Part shown: positions 35,741 through 44,714 of the stretch, in pieces
Layout of the letters: each line of letters starts with the position of its first letter
Numbering within the stretch: the stretch's first letter is position 1
IMG/VR virus record: IMGVR_UViG_3300032287_003869
Location: 1 to 64,000 of that record
Source: a virus
DNA length: 64,000 bases
Reading direction: 5' to 3' (one strand)
The notes under the pieces: model-generated
What the model saw: the letters and a program-made list of their open reading frames with translations, nothing else
Databases searched by the model: none
Told to the model about the DNA's origin: nothing
Made by a program: the position numbers and the translations under genes

Positions 35741-36595
35741 TTAGAGATTTGGCTCTATAATTTTCAATAATTTATCGGATGATTTTATATATTGAGCCTC
35801 GATATAAGATAATTTTGAATTTCTTTTTACCAAAAGTTTATGATTTTTAGATAAAATAATTTCCGAATCTTTAGTTTTTATTTTAATATATTCCGAATGT
35901 TTTGTATCCCACTTATTCAAAACTTTTCTATATCGGCCCAAATGGGTCAATACCAAATCTCCAACATTTATATCTGATAATTTTTTAAAACCGTTTATAG
36001 TATAAATCAAAGTATTTGGACACAGGCAAGATAAAGCGCGGCTTCCCATATCTGCGCTATCTTTTTGATCTTCAATGACTTTCGCCTCTCTTGCTGAAAT
36101 AAGATTACCCAAAGAATCAATGATAATCATGAACTTTCCTTGTAGTTTATTATCCACAATCGCCTTTAAAAATTTCACAATTTGATTTCTACAATCTTCA
36201 ATGATTTCAATTGGGCAATGTTTAATCTTACTCACATCACATCCCAACCTTTCAGCGGTATCCATGTCCAAGGCATTTTCAGTATCGAAATAAACAACAT
36301 TGATTCCCTTCTTTTGAGCATTAGATGCGATCTTATTCAATATTAATGTTTTTCCGCAACCACTTGGCCCTGAAAAACCAGTAATTCTACCCATTGGAAC
36401 CCCCTTGAAAGGAGATCCTGAGATAATCGAGTTAAGTGCATATGAACCAGTGCTGATCCATTCCTTTACAGTAGAAAGTGAATTCTCACTTAAAAATGTC
36501 GCCTCTGGGTTTAATTCCTCTAGGACTTTAAATGCATCCTTGATTGAACCAGTGTCGATGTTTTCTTCTTCGGTTTCTTTTTTTGTTCTAGCCAT
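35741..36595 (-). CDS. uvsX: UvsX/RecA N-terminal half followed by a 95-aa N-intein
   Basis: ISTG, GPSGCGKT Walker A, FDTENA, IIDSLGNL, then DMGSRALS|CLCPNT. Confidence 0.92.
   Translation of the reverse strand: MARTKKETEEENIDTGSIKDAFKVLEELNPEATFLSENSLSTVKEWISTGSYALNSIISGSPFKGVPMGRITGFSGPSGCGKTLILNKIASNAQKKGINVVYFDTENALDMDTAERLGCDVSKIKHCPIEIIEDCRNQIVKFLKAIVDNKLQGKFMIIIDSLGNLISAREAKVIEDQKDSADMGSRALSCLCPNTLIYTINGFKKLSDINVGDLVLTHLGRYRKVLNKWDTKHSEYIKIKTKDSEIILSKNHKLLVKRNSKLSYIEAQYIKSSDKLLKIIEPNL
35744..36028 (-). mobile_element. split intein, N-fragment (IntN)
   Basis: Block A CLCPNTLI, then I.VGDLVLT and block B LSKNHKLLV; ends at TAA. Confidence 0.9.
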
Positions 36596-36604
36596 ACAAC
36601 ATAT

Positions 36605-36632
36605 ATATTAACAAAAGATCCGCCAAAGTCAA
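36605..36632 (-). promoter_or_regulatory. sigma70-type promoter for uvsX
   Basis: TTGACT-16nt-(TGT)TAATAT. Confidence 0.6.
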
Positions 36633-36649
36633 ACCTTGGCGGATCTTTT
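36613..36649. terminator. intrinsic terminator (bidirectional-type hairpin)
   Basis: Perfect 14-bp inverted repeat AAAAGATCCGCCAA/TTGGCGGATCTTTT with a 9-nt loop and A/T tails. Confidence 0.8.
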
Positions 36650-36683
36650 TTTGTATGTCAAACGAAATTATTTTTTTGAAATT

Positions 36684-37028
36684 TTACTCGTCGAACAGCT
36701 TGATCGTGGGGGCTTCTTTCTTTTCTTCTTTCTTTGCGACTTGGAACATGTTTACATATTGCTCAACAAGGCGACCTTCAAGAGCTATTTCAGATTTAAC
36801 AATCCTATCAGCAGGATAATCAAAAATAGATCCGCCTTCTCGCTTATCTAATTGAATGAATTCCTTGAAGAATTGAGGAACAAGCTGAACGCTAAGTTGA
36901 CCATTACTGTTAGGTTGGGCCATAAGAATTGCTGGGTTCTTTACTTTAAGAATAGAACCTTTTGATTCTAGAACTTCTCCAACAATAGTGTGTCCTACAT
37001 GATCGATGAATACTTTAATATCTTGCAT
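36684..37028 (-). CDS. hypothetical protein (possible Sm-like fold)
   Basis: GHTIVGEV...LKVKNPAIL beta-rich pattern, located between gp43 and uvsX. Confidence 0.6.
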   Translation of the reverse strand: MQDIKVFIDHVGHTIVGEVLESKGSILKVKNPAILMAQPNSNGQLSVQLVPQFFKEFIQLDKREGGSIFDYPADRIVKSEIALEGRLVEQYVNMFQVAKKEEKKEAPTIKLFDE

Positions 37029-37066
37029 AGGTAACGATTTAATAACTTAAATCGAAAAAGCAAGCA

Positions 37067-39637
37067 TCATTCTTTAAAAAAATCCATCAAATCGCATGTT
37101 GTCATTTCACTCGGCTTTTGAGCTACCCAATTAACGCTTTCAAAAAAACTTTCAACTGGCGCAAATATCACCTTTTCAAACATTTTTTCATAATCGGGTT
37201 CAAAGAAGTTTCTAAATTCTTCTGGATAGTAATATTTGAAAGCAATAGAATCTATCGCATATTTGTTTGGTTTTTTGAGATAGAATATTTTTAATTTATC
37301 TCCGCTTTGGATTTTTTCATATTTCCCTATCAAATCCAATTTGTCCAATAAAAGATTATAGAAATATGCCGCCTTAACATGATTTGGCATACTTTTAACC
37401 GTCTGAAAATCATTACATTGAGATGCATATTTTTCGTAGTTTTTAATTCCCTTGTTAATTGCAATCTCTTCAAGAGGCAATCCTATGAATGCATCATGTG
37501 CTTTTGTTACTGCATCATTGGTTTTAACGTTATCCAATGTTAAAATAAGAGTCTCAGCAATATTTTTAACATAAGGTTTGACCTTTTTCGGCATTGTGCT
37601 TTTCACAACATCAACTCCTGTATATTTGAACTTGTTACACTTAATCCCTTCGTTGTCTAAAATGTGTAAAATGTAGTGTTTTTTCTTCAAAAGCATTCCA
37701 ATATCGCATATTTTTTCTCTCTTGAATAGAAATCTACAATCTTTCGAATTTAACTCTTTTTCTCCCCACTTGATAATCTCCTCATTTAAATATTTTGCAG
37801 TATCATCAATAATATTATACATCTCTTTTGTGACTTTATTGTTTTCAGAGAATTTTATATTTTTGTGTTCAATAACATCATCGAAAGAAATAAACAAACT
37901 GTCTGTATCAATATATCTGATAACATCTCTAGATACTTTTTTACCTATATTCTTCTCCACATACTCAGTAAGGATATCAGAACCTTTGTTAATAATCGCT
38001 TGACCTGTTAATGTGATTGATCTCGCAAGATCATCATCTCCAAGTGCAAAATATTTGTTACCGAATGCGCCATAAACGGAATTCAAGAAAATCTTTTTCG
38101 TTTTTTGATCTATATCCAAAAGTCTAGCTTTAGCCTCCAGTTTGCTTTTTGCGACTGGATCTTCTTCGGCTTCTATCTCCTTCTTCGTTTTTTTAAGATT
38201 TTTTACAGCATCAACACGTTGTTCATAGTATTTGTCGATGATTTCTGGAAACAGTCCTTTTCTTTTTTGAGAGAACAGGACATTCGCTTTCGATATCGCT
38301 ATCTTTTCCTTTTCAACTAATTTGTCGAAGGCATTATGAGATATTTTATGTTGAGTGTGATTGGCGTCTCTTATGATAACGTGTTCCGATGTCTTTTCTA
38401 TAATTGTACCTAGTTTTGTCTCTGGTGAAATGTTCAGAGTTATCATGGTATTTGGATAAAGAGAGTTTGCATCAAAAGACACCAAGTGCTTATGTATTCC
38501 ACTTTCTGGTTCTTTTACAAAAGCTCCCTCGTTTTTAGATATTTTATTTGGATCTCTTATAAAGGTTGGTATTTTAATGTCTCTTTTTCTGGCTTGAATT
38601 GCGGTTGCTCCTGTAATAACACCTAGACTCCTCAATGCGCTTTCCATTGTGGTTAATCCTGTGACGGCAAGAGAACGTAACAGTGGCATATATTTCAATG
38701 CATCGTCTAATTTCACAAGAATGTTGACGTCTTGAATGTTATAATCAACAAATGTTTCCCAATTCGTATCCGCTAGATCTGAAAGATTTCCTCCACCGTA
38801 GTCTATCTTATTTTCTCCAAGTTCAACCGATGCTATCGTGTTTAGTTTGTAATTTTCTCTTGGGTCTAGACAAAATTTCTTGTATGCATCCATGTAATCG
38901 ATGCTAGATACGCCATCCAATACCCAAACTTTCTCTTCTTTTCCGAATTTATTAAACTCTGTTCTGCTATATATGTTTTTTGTCGGAGAAAGTCTCGTAG
39001 CTTCATTTTCATCACAAATCTTACCGATTCTATTGACGAGATACGGAATATCGAAAAACTTACTATTCCATCCAGACAGCACATCCATGTGATCCTTTTC
39101 CACATATTCCAAAAATTTGGTCAGTAATTGTTTTTCAGAGGAACAATGACTATATTTTACATTCGGAAGTTTAGGAACATATGCCTTTGTACCCCAAACA
39201 TGAAACATCTGGCTCAATGTATCGTATATGGTGATAACATTAACTGGGGCATTTGCTTGATCTGGATGGGGGAAGCCTTCATCTTTGGAATAAACCTCAA
39301 TATCCAAATAAAAAATCTTCAAAGGATGCTGAATGAATTCAGGCTTCTCGTATTCTTGATAAAACATATCAACCAGAAATTGTTGATATACACTGAGGTT
39401 CTCAAATATTCTAACGTTATCTGTTTCTTTAATGTATTTCGATCTATCGTATTGAGTATTGAATGATTTTTTCTTCAGTTTCGTATTGAATAAACTGATA
39501 GAATCATGTGTTCCGTTTGTTTCTGTATAGACATAAGGTCTATAGGAACATTCCGCTTTAATTCTCTTTCCACTTGTGTCCCAAGTAAAGAGATTCATGC
39601 AGCGTTCTTTTGGATTATACGATAGATTTCTATACAT
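37067..39637 (-). CDS. gp43: family B DNA polymerase, T4 gp43-like
   Basis: DIEV, GWNS.FFDIPY, YNIQDV, SFDANSLYP, K.FLNS.YGA.GN, YIDTDS and KKHY. Confidence 0.97.
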   Translation of the reverse strand: MYRNLSYNPKERCMNLFTWDTSGKRIKAECSYRPYVYTETNGTHDSISLFNTKLKKKSFNTQYDRSKYIKETDNVRIFENLSVYQQFLVDMFYQEYEKPEFIQHPLKIFYLDIEVYSKDEGFPHPDQANAPVNVITIYDTLSQMFHVWGTKAYVPKLPNVKYSHCSSEKQLLTKFLEYVEKDHMDVLSGWNSKFFDIPYLVNRIGKICDENEATRLSPTKNIYSRTEFNKFGKEEKVWVLDGVSSIDYMDAYKKFCLDPRENYKLNTIASVELGENKIDYGGGNLSDLADTNWETFVDYNIQDVNILVKLDDALKYMPLLRSLAVTGLTTMESALRSLGVITGATAIQARKRDIKIPTFIRDPNKISKNEGAFVKEPESGIHKHLVSFDANSLYPNTMITLNISPETKLGTIIEKTSEHVIIRDANHTQHKISHNAFDKLVEKEKIAISKANVLFSQKRKGLFPEIIDKYYEQRVDAVKNLKKTKKEIEAEEDPVAKSKLEAKARLLDIDQKTKKIFLNSVYGAFGNKYFALGDDDLARSITLTGQAIINKGSDILTEYVEKNIGKKVSRDVIRYIDTDSLFISFDDVIEHKNIKFSENNKVTKEMYNIIDDTAKYLNEEIIKWGEKELNSKDCRFLFKREKICDIGMLLKKKHYILHILDNEGIKCNKFKYTGVDVVKSTMPKKVKPYVKNIAETLILTLDNVKTNDAVTKAHDAFIGLPLEEIAINKGIKNYEKYASQCNDFQTVKSMPNHVKAAYFYNLLLDKLDLIGKYEKIQSGDKLKIFYLKKPNKYAIDSIAFKYYYPEEFRNFFEPDYEKMFEKVIFAPVESFFESVNWVAQKPSEMTTCDLMDFFKE

Positions 39638-39659
39638 CGATTGTTAAATAATATCAATT

Positions 39660-39854
39660 ATGGAAGAGATTGCAAGGCAATTTTTCAATACACTGGACCC
39701 ATGTCCACAAGAAATCCCAGATTGTGAAAATCTTAGAAAAGAATACACAAGAACATTGGATTCTTTAAAAGTCAAAAGCGGATGCAGTCCTTGTGCTGAG
39801 AGAAATCTTAAAAACACATTCATATCTAGAATTAAAAATTTGATCGGAAAATGA
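39660..39854 (+). CDS. small late Cys-containing protein
   Basis: PCP...C...GCSPC; TAAATA at 39645-39650. Confidence 0.6.
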   Translation: MEEIARQFFNTLDPCPQEIPDCENLRKEYTRTLDSLKVKSGCSPCAERNLKNTFISRIKNLIGK

Positions 39855-40174
39855 TTTGGTTTTATACATCTGGTCTTTTGGCCGTTAATAGTATTCTTAT
39901 ACTATGGTTTTATTCTCCTATTGCTAATTCTATAGGCAAATTGTTCTTGAAAAGAAATGATATTTATGCCTTGGACGATCTTCTCGATATAATTGCAATC
40001 AAAAGTGAAGTTCTATCTACGCTTTTATCATGCTGGGTATGCATGAGCTTTTGGTTGTCTTTAATCGTCGGGCTTGTCTTTATGTTTATTTTCGGATTGT
40101 ATTGGTGGTATCCAATTTTAACATATCTGACTTATCCATCGATTCTTTTCGCTATCAAGCAATTATACCGTTGA
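39851..40174 (+). CDS. small membrane protein with CxxC (DUF1360-like)
   Basis: TM segments and LLSCWVCMSFW. Confidence 0.6.
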   Translation: MIWFYTSGLLAVNSILILWFYSPIANSIGKLFLKRNDIYALDDLLDIIAIKSEVLSTLLSCWVCMSFWLSLIVGLVFMFIFGLYWWYPILTYLTYPSILFAIKQLYR

Positions 40175-41381
40175 TAGCGTTCAAGACTTTTCTATCTGGG
40201 TGTCCATGAGGATATTTGAACAATTCAGCATAGCATTCAATATTATCTCCGTTTTCCAACCAACGCTTGTTTGCATCATTTCTCGCTTTTGCACTGATAT
40301 TCATGTAACGTCCTTTTTTGCTTAGGACGTCATCAATCACGGAAACCATTTCTTCTCCTGTATCGAATTTAAATGGTGCATTCTCATATGTGCAAAGATT
40401 TTGACAAGCGATTGGAATTCCGAATGCATTTGCCTCAACAAGTTTCAAATCAGATTTAGATTTGTTGAAATTGTTATTTTGCAAAGGAGCAACCATCATG
40501 TTAATTCTTAGATTTTTGATCTTCTCTCCATAGTGGTAGAGATTTTGCCAAGGGTGGAATTCTATTTTTCCAGACTTCACTAAATTTGTCAAAGGAAGAG
40601 GATATGCTCCAAGAAATACCCATTGGTACTTATCCACGGTTTTTGCAATAATATCTACAACGTGCGCAAAGTCATCTTTTTGACCAACTCTGTTATCAAC
40701 GTCAAAATGTGCTCCAGATCCAGCATAAAGGATTCTTGGTTTCTTTTTGTAAGTGTCGTAATTTGACGATATCTGCTTCTCGTCATAGAAATGCCCAAGC
40801 CAAAACTTTGGAGGGAAATTGGGAATAATTGTCACGCTTTTATGCCCAGTTTTTTCCGTGTAGTAATCCTTCATGAATTGATTTGTAACCGTAACCTCAT
40901 CGCAAAGAAGCATTATATCTTGGCAATTTTTTCTAATCTGAGGGTCTGTAAATGCTGGTTTATATTTGTTATAATCCGGAATATCTTCTGAGAAAACAAG
41001 ATCGTCAATTTCATAGATAATTCGGAAACCGACTTCTTTGGAGAGTTCTTTTAAGAACTGAACAAACTTTAATTGGTGGCTTGTGGCTTGTCTTTGAATC
41101 CTAACGACCTTTGTATTGATATATGATCGTGGGTCCAAGTTCATAACAGTAGTACCATGAACTGTAAACATATTGAATGCATTAAGCAAATGTTCTGGCC
41201 AAATCATTCTCCAAAAACCGCATCCGCTATAGTCAGCATAATACTGAATAACTCTTGGTAGATGATTTTCAGGTGGAGTCATGTCCTCTTTTTTTGTTGC
41301 TGCCTTGTTTCCAATGTGCGTAAACTGCATCGAGTTCCTCAAAAGAGGGGATGTAAATTGGCTGTTGGGAATTTGAATCAT
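40155..41381 (-). CDS. glycosyltransferase (GT-B fold)
   Basis: GCGFWR, IQRQ, YEIDD, IPN, APL..N.FN.SKSDLK..E. Confidence 0.8.
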   Translation of the reverse strand: MIQIPNSQFTSPLLRNSMQFTHIGNKAATKKEDMTPPENHLPRVIQYYADYSGCGFWRMIWPEHLLNAFNMFTVHGTTVMNLDPRSYINTKVVRIQRQATSHQLKFVQFLKELSKEVGFRIIYEIDDLVFSEDIPDYNKYKPAFTDPQIRKNCQDIMLLCDEVTVTNQFMKDYYTEKTGHKSVTIIPNFPPKFWLGHFYDEKQISSNYDTYKKKPRILYAGSGAHFDVDNRVGQKDDFAHVVDIIAKTVDKYQWVFLGAYPLPLTNLVKSGKIEFHPWQNLYHYGEKIKNLRINMMVAPLQNNNFNKSKSDLKLVEANAFGIPIACQNLCTYENAPFKFDTGEEMVSVIDDVLSKKGRYMNISAKARNDANKRWLENGDNIECYAELFKYPHGHPDRKVLNAINGIIA

Positions 41382-41410
41382 AGTGTTATTAATTTTCTGT
41401 TACGTTAAAA

Positions 41411-43207
41411 TCAAGCGGTTTCTAGAGGAATTCTTTTAGTTATTCCATTTGTTTTCTCCAAATAAACGACCTCGCCATTTGCTAATTTTGAACATTCTTT
41501 TCTGTGGGAAATCACATAAATGCCATAAGAATACTTCTCTACAAAGTCATTTAACAATCTTACGACATTCTCGACTCCAGCGGAGTCCAAGCTTGTATCC
41601 AAAAGCTCATCATAAAATTGAACATTGTAATAAACATTTGTTTGCATCTTCAACATATCAATAAATGCAAACATTACAGCGAGGTCTATGGCCTTTCTTT
41701 CTGCTCCACTATAGTTGAAATACATAGTCGGCTTACCTCTCTCGTTTTTTATCTCCTCCTCAAAATATTGGTCAAAAGTTATGATAGAGTTGGCATTTAA
41801 TTCTTTTAGATAAAAAGCTATCTTTGAATTAAACAATGCCAATATTTTCTTCACAACATAACTTTTAACGCCTTCTTCTGATAAAACGAACTTAACATTG
41901 TCTAAAACTTTGAATCTTATCTTCAACCCGTCCAGTGTTTCCCCAAGTTTCAAAAGATCATTTTTAATCCCATCAATACTCTTGGATTCTTCTTCTTTGA
42001 AGTTTTGCAATTCGGTTAATGATGTTTTTTCCTTTTCCAGTTGTTTTTCAAAATACTCTTTTTTCTCTTCGTCGTTTTGTTTCTTTTGAATCGCAAGTGC
42101 ATTCTTTGTTATACCGTCCTTTAATAGTGAGATTGCTCTTTCAATTAAAGATATTTCGGATTTCAATTCCGATTGCTTTTTATACAATTCCTGTTCAAGA
42201 ATAGTGTTTTTTTGTTCAATTGTTGAGCGGATTTCGTTTTTTCTTTGCTGAATATGATCCAAATCGTCCGCTGTGACTTTTCTCATGCAAACTGGACACT
42301 CATCTTCTTCTGTTCCAATTTTTGATAAATCTGATTTTAAAATTTTAATCTCTATTAAAACCTCAGTGCATTTTTTAACAATCTGCTGATTCTCTTCATT
42401 TTTGTCTTTATTTTTTTCTTCAAGTTTCTTCAGCTTTTCCTTGTTTTGTTGAACATCTTCTATCTTATATGTTAATATTCTATCTGTGGTTTCAGTTAAT
42501 TGTTTTTCAATTCTGGATATGGTTTCATCTATCGCATTCTTTCTACGATCTCTTTCTTCTGAATTTCTTTTATTTTGATCCAATACTAGTTTTATTGTTT
42601 TTTCCAAATCGGAATATTTTTCAGATTTTGATTCTATTTCCTTCTTTACCTCAACATATTCTTCTTTCAAATTGGAATTCATTCTTGAGAATACGTCCAA
42701 ATTGAATATCCCTTCAATGAATTTTTTCTTCTCCAACTTCTTCTGGGCCATGAAGGGTATCGTGGAGTTAATCGAGAGGCATATGCAATTCGTGAATATC
42801 TCTGGCGTGAGGTTTAAAATTGAAAGAATGTATTCGGTGGTGTTTGATATGCTGTCCCTGCTTACATCTTGACCGTTCTCGAACAAATTCAACTTGGAGG
42901 GTTTTATAGTCCTGATGATCTCGTATTCATTCTTGTCTATGGAAAATGTTAAAGACACCTCCGCAGTTTCATTTGTTAGGTTGTTTACAACAAACTCCTT
43001 TTTAAGTTCTCTTGTTGTCTCCCCAAACAATGCAAAATAAAAGGAATCGACAAGAGAACTCTTTCCAGTTCCATTTTGACGATCCATCAAGTCCTTGTTT
43101 ATTCCCGTTATGATGTTCAGTCCCTTTTGAAAATCCACAACAACAGGAGTCTTTCCTATGCTTAGGAAATTTTTAACTTTTAATGTTTTAAATACTACTT
43201 TTTTCAC
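41411..43207 (-). CDS. gp46: recombination endonuclease ATPase subunit, gp46/Rad50-like
   Basis: KNFLSIG, NGTGKS, CPVC zinc hook, SGAE signature, DE and ISH. Confidence 0.93.
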   Translation of the reverse strand: MKKVVFKTLKVKNFLSIGKTPVVVDFQKGLNIITGINKDLMDRQNGTGKSSLVDSFYFALFGETTRELKKEFVVNNLTNETAEVSLTFSIDKNEYEIIRTIKPSKLNLFENGQDVSRDSISNTTEYILSILNLTPEIFTNCICLSINSTIPFMAQKKLEKKKFIEGIFNLDVFSRMNSNLKEEYVEVKKEIESKSEKYSDLEKTIKLVLDQNKRNSEERDRRKNAIDETISRIEKQLTETTDRILTYKIEDVQQNKEKLKKLEEKNKDKNEENQQIVKKCTEVLIEIKILKSDLSKIGTEEDECPVCMRKVTADDLDHIQQRKNEIRSTIEQKNTILEQELYKKQSELKSEISLIERAISLLKDGITKNALAIQKKQNDEEKKEYFEKQLEKEKTSLTELQNFKEEESKSIDGIKNDLLKLGETLDGLKIRFKVLDNVKFVLSEEGVKSYVVKKILALFNSKIAFYLKELNANSIITFDQYFEEEIKNERGKPTMYFNYSGAERKAIDLAVMFAFIDMLKMQTNVYYNVQFYDELLDTSLDSAGVENVVRLLNDFVEKYSYGIYVISHRKECSKLANGEVVYLEKTNGITKRIPLETA

Positions 43208-44244
43208 GATTGTTTATATAATTCCACTGTGTATTTTGCAACATCTTCTTTATTGTCGATGTCTAAAAGTTTAACAAAATCAAAAATCGCTTTTTCCATA
43301 TCAATTCCAGACAAGTCAAACTCTTCATCCAATTCTTCAGAAACAGGATTGAATGCAATTGTATTGTCAAAAGAAAGAGATATTGGGTTTAAATTTTTTA
43401 TATTGGCTGAATATTTTTCCAATTCCTCGCTTTCTATGTTTTTATCGACAATGATTCTTACAATGTTGTTTTCTACATTTTGTTCCGAACTGTCATATTC
43501 CGACAGTTTAATTTTTTTATGTTTGGGTGAATTTTTGTTTTCATAGAATGTATAAGACGTGTCATCGAAATTAACAATATAATATCCCTTTGTCGATTCA
43601 GTATCTCCAAAGTCCATCTCAAAGGGGTTTCCGACATATATAATCTTGGATTCCTTATATTCTCTCTCATCTCTCAAATGAAAATGCCCACTAAAAACAA
43701 GTGGTGCCTTCTTGGATACGCTTGAGGGTGAAAATCCATGTTCACATAATTTATATGTGTTCATTTTGAAGCTTTCTATTTCAAAATGCCCCATCAACAC
43801 ATCGCATTGAGGAATATCCTTCATTTCAGTTCCCCAAGGACACATGAATACTTTCTTTCCACCAAATTCAAACATCTTTGGCTTATCTATGATTTCAATG
43901 TTAGGATACCCCCTAAAAACAGAAAGAGAGTGAATATCAGCCTTGTCTTTTAAGAAGCTGCAATGATTTCCAACAATCATTTTAAGCTCGAAGTCTTTAA
44001 ACTTATCAGTTATATCGGATGCAACGTGTAGAGTATTAACCGATATATCAGACCTAGAATGGAAATAATCTCCAAGAAAAAGTATGTTTTTTATATTCTT
44101 CTTTTTTAATTCTGAAACAAACCAATCACTCCAATCGTCAGCTATCTTATGCCAAGTAGAACTGTTTTGATGAACTCCTAAATGGAGGTCTGAAAAAATC
44201 GCATAATTGTTATCCACTTGATTGTGATTATAATTCAATTTCAA
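43204..44244 (-). CDS. gp47: recombination endonuclease nuclease subunit, gp47/Mre11-like
   Basis: SDLHLG, LGDYF, GNH, GHFE, SGHFH and YVGNP. Confidence 0.92.
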   Translation of the reverse strand: MKLNYNHNQVDNNYAIFSDLHLGVHQNSSTWHKIADDWSDWFVSELKKKNIKNILFLGDYFHSRSDISVNTLHVASDITDKFKDFELKMIVGNHCSFLKDKADIHSLSVFRGYPNIEIIDKPKMFEFGGKKVFMCPWGTEMKDIPQCDVLMGHFEIESFKMNTYKLCEHGFSPSSVSKKAPLVFSGHFHLRDEREYKESKIIYVGNPFEMDFGDTESTKGYYIVNFDDTSYTFYENKNSPKHKKIKLSEYDSSEQNVENNIVRIIVDKNIESEELEKYSANIKNLNPISLSFDNTIAFNPVSEELDEEFDLSGIDMEKAIFDFVKLLDIDNKEDVAKYTVELYKQS

Positions 44245-44714
44245 TAATTGTCAATTTTGTCGATTGGTGCTGGTCTTGTGTAAACCTTATGTGAACCGTA
44301 TTCCTCACTATCATTCATCATGATATCGAAATTTCTTTCCTTGTATTCCTCAACAACTTCGTGGTGCTTCTTTTCTTTTTTAATTCTACAAATAAATGCA
44401 TGATAAGCAATTGTTGTAAAATAACCGAAAGGTGAAAAACCTTGATTCAATTTAAACTTCTTATGAAGAATTGCTTGATACATTTTTAGAACAGCATCTC
44501 CCACCATGTCTTCTTTGTAGCTGTAGTTAATAAAATTACCAGCATAGGAAAGCCCTTGGGCTATTTTCTGAATGCTATCTCCAAGATAATTGGTTATGAT
44601 TCCATCATCGTAATACTTGATCAGGGCATCTTCGAAATCTTTAGCATTCACATAATGGGGTTTATCTTCTGCTTTTTTTCTTTTTCTTTTTACTGGTTTG
44701 TCGTTATCTTTCAT
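44241..44714 (-). CDS. gp55: late-transcription sigma factor, T4 gp55-like
   Basis: HYVN, KIA.GLS...NF.NYSYKEDMV.DA and PFGYFT.I...AF..RIKKEKK; start set at 44714. Confidence 0.9.
   Translation of the reverse strand: MKDNDKPVKRKRKKAEDKPHYVNAKDFEDALIKYYDDGIITNYLGDSIQKIAQGLSYAGNFINYSYKEDMVGDAVLKMYQAILHKKFKLNQGFSPFGYFTTIAYHAFICRIKKEKKHHEVVEEYKERNFDIMMNDSEEYGSHKVYTRPAPIDKIDNY

Noticed and set aside
33926-36595. Stop-codon recoding, or a group I intron, joining the three uvsX-region ORFs
   Set aside because: The ORFs are out of frame with each other, so readthrough cannot join them. The N-half ends in TAA and core genes elsewhere are intact in code 11. The gaps (32 nt and an 11-nt overlap) leave no room for intron core RNA, while intein blocks are clear.
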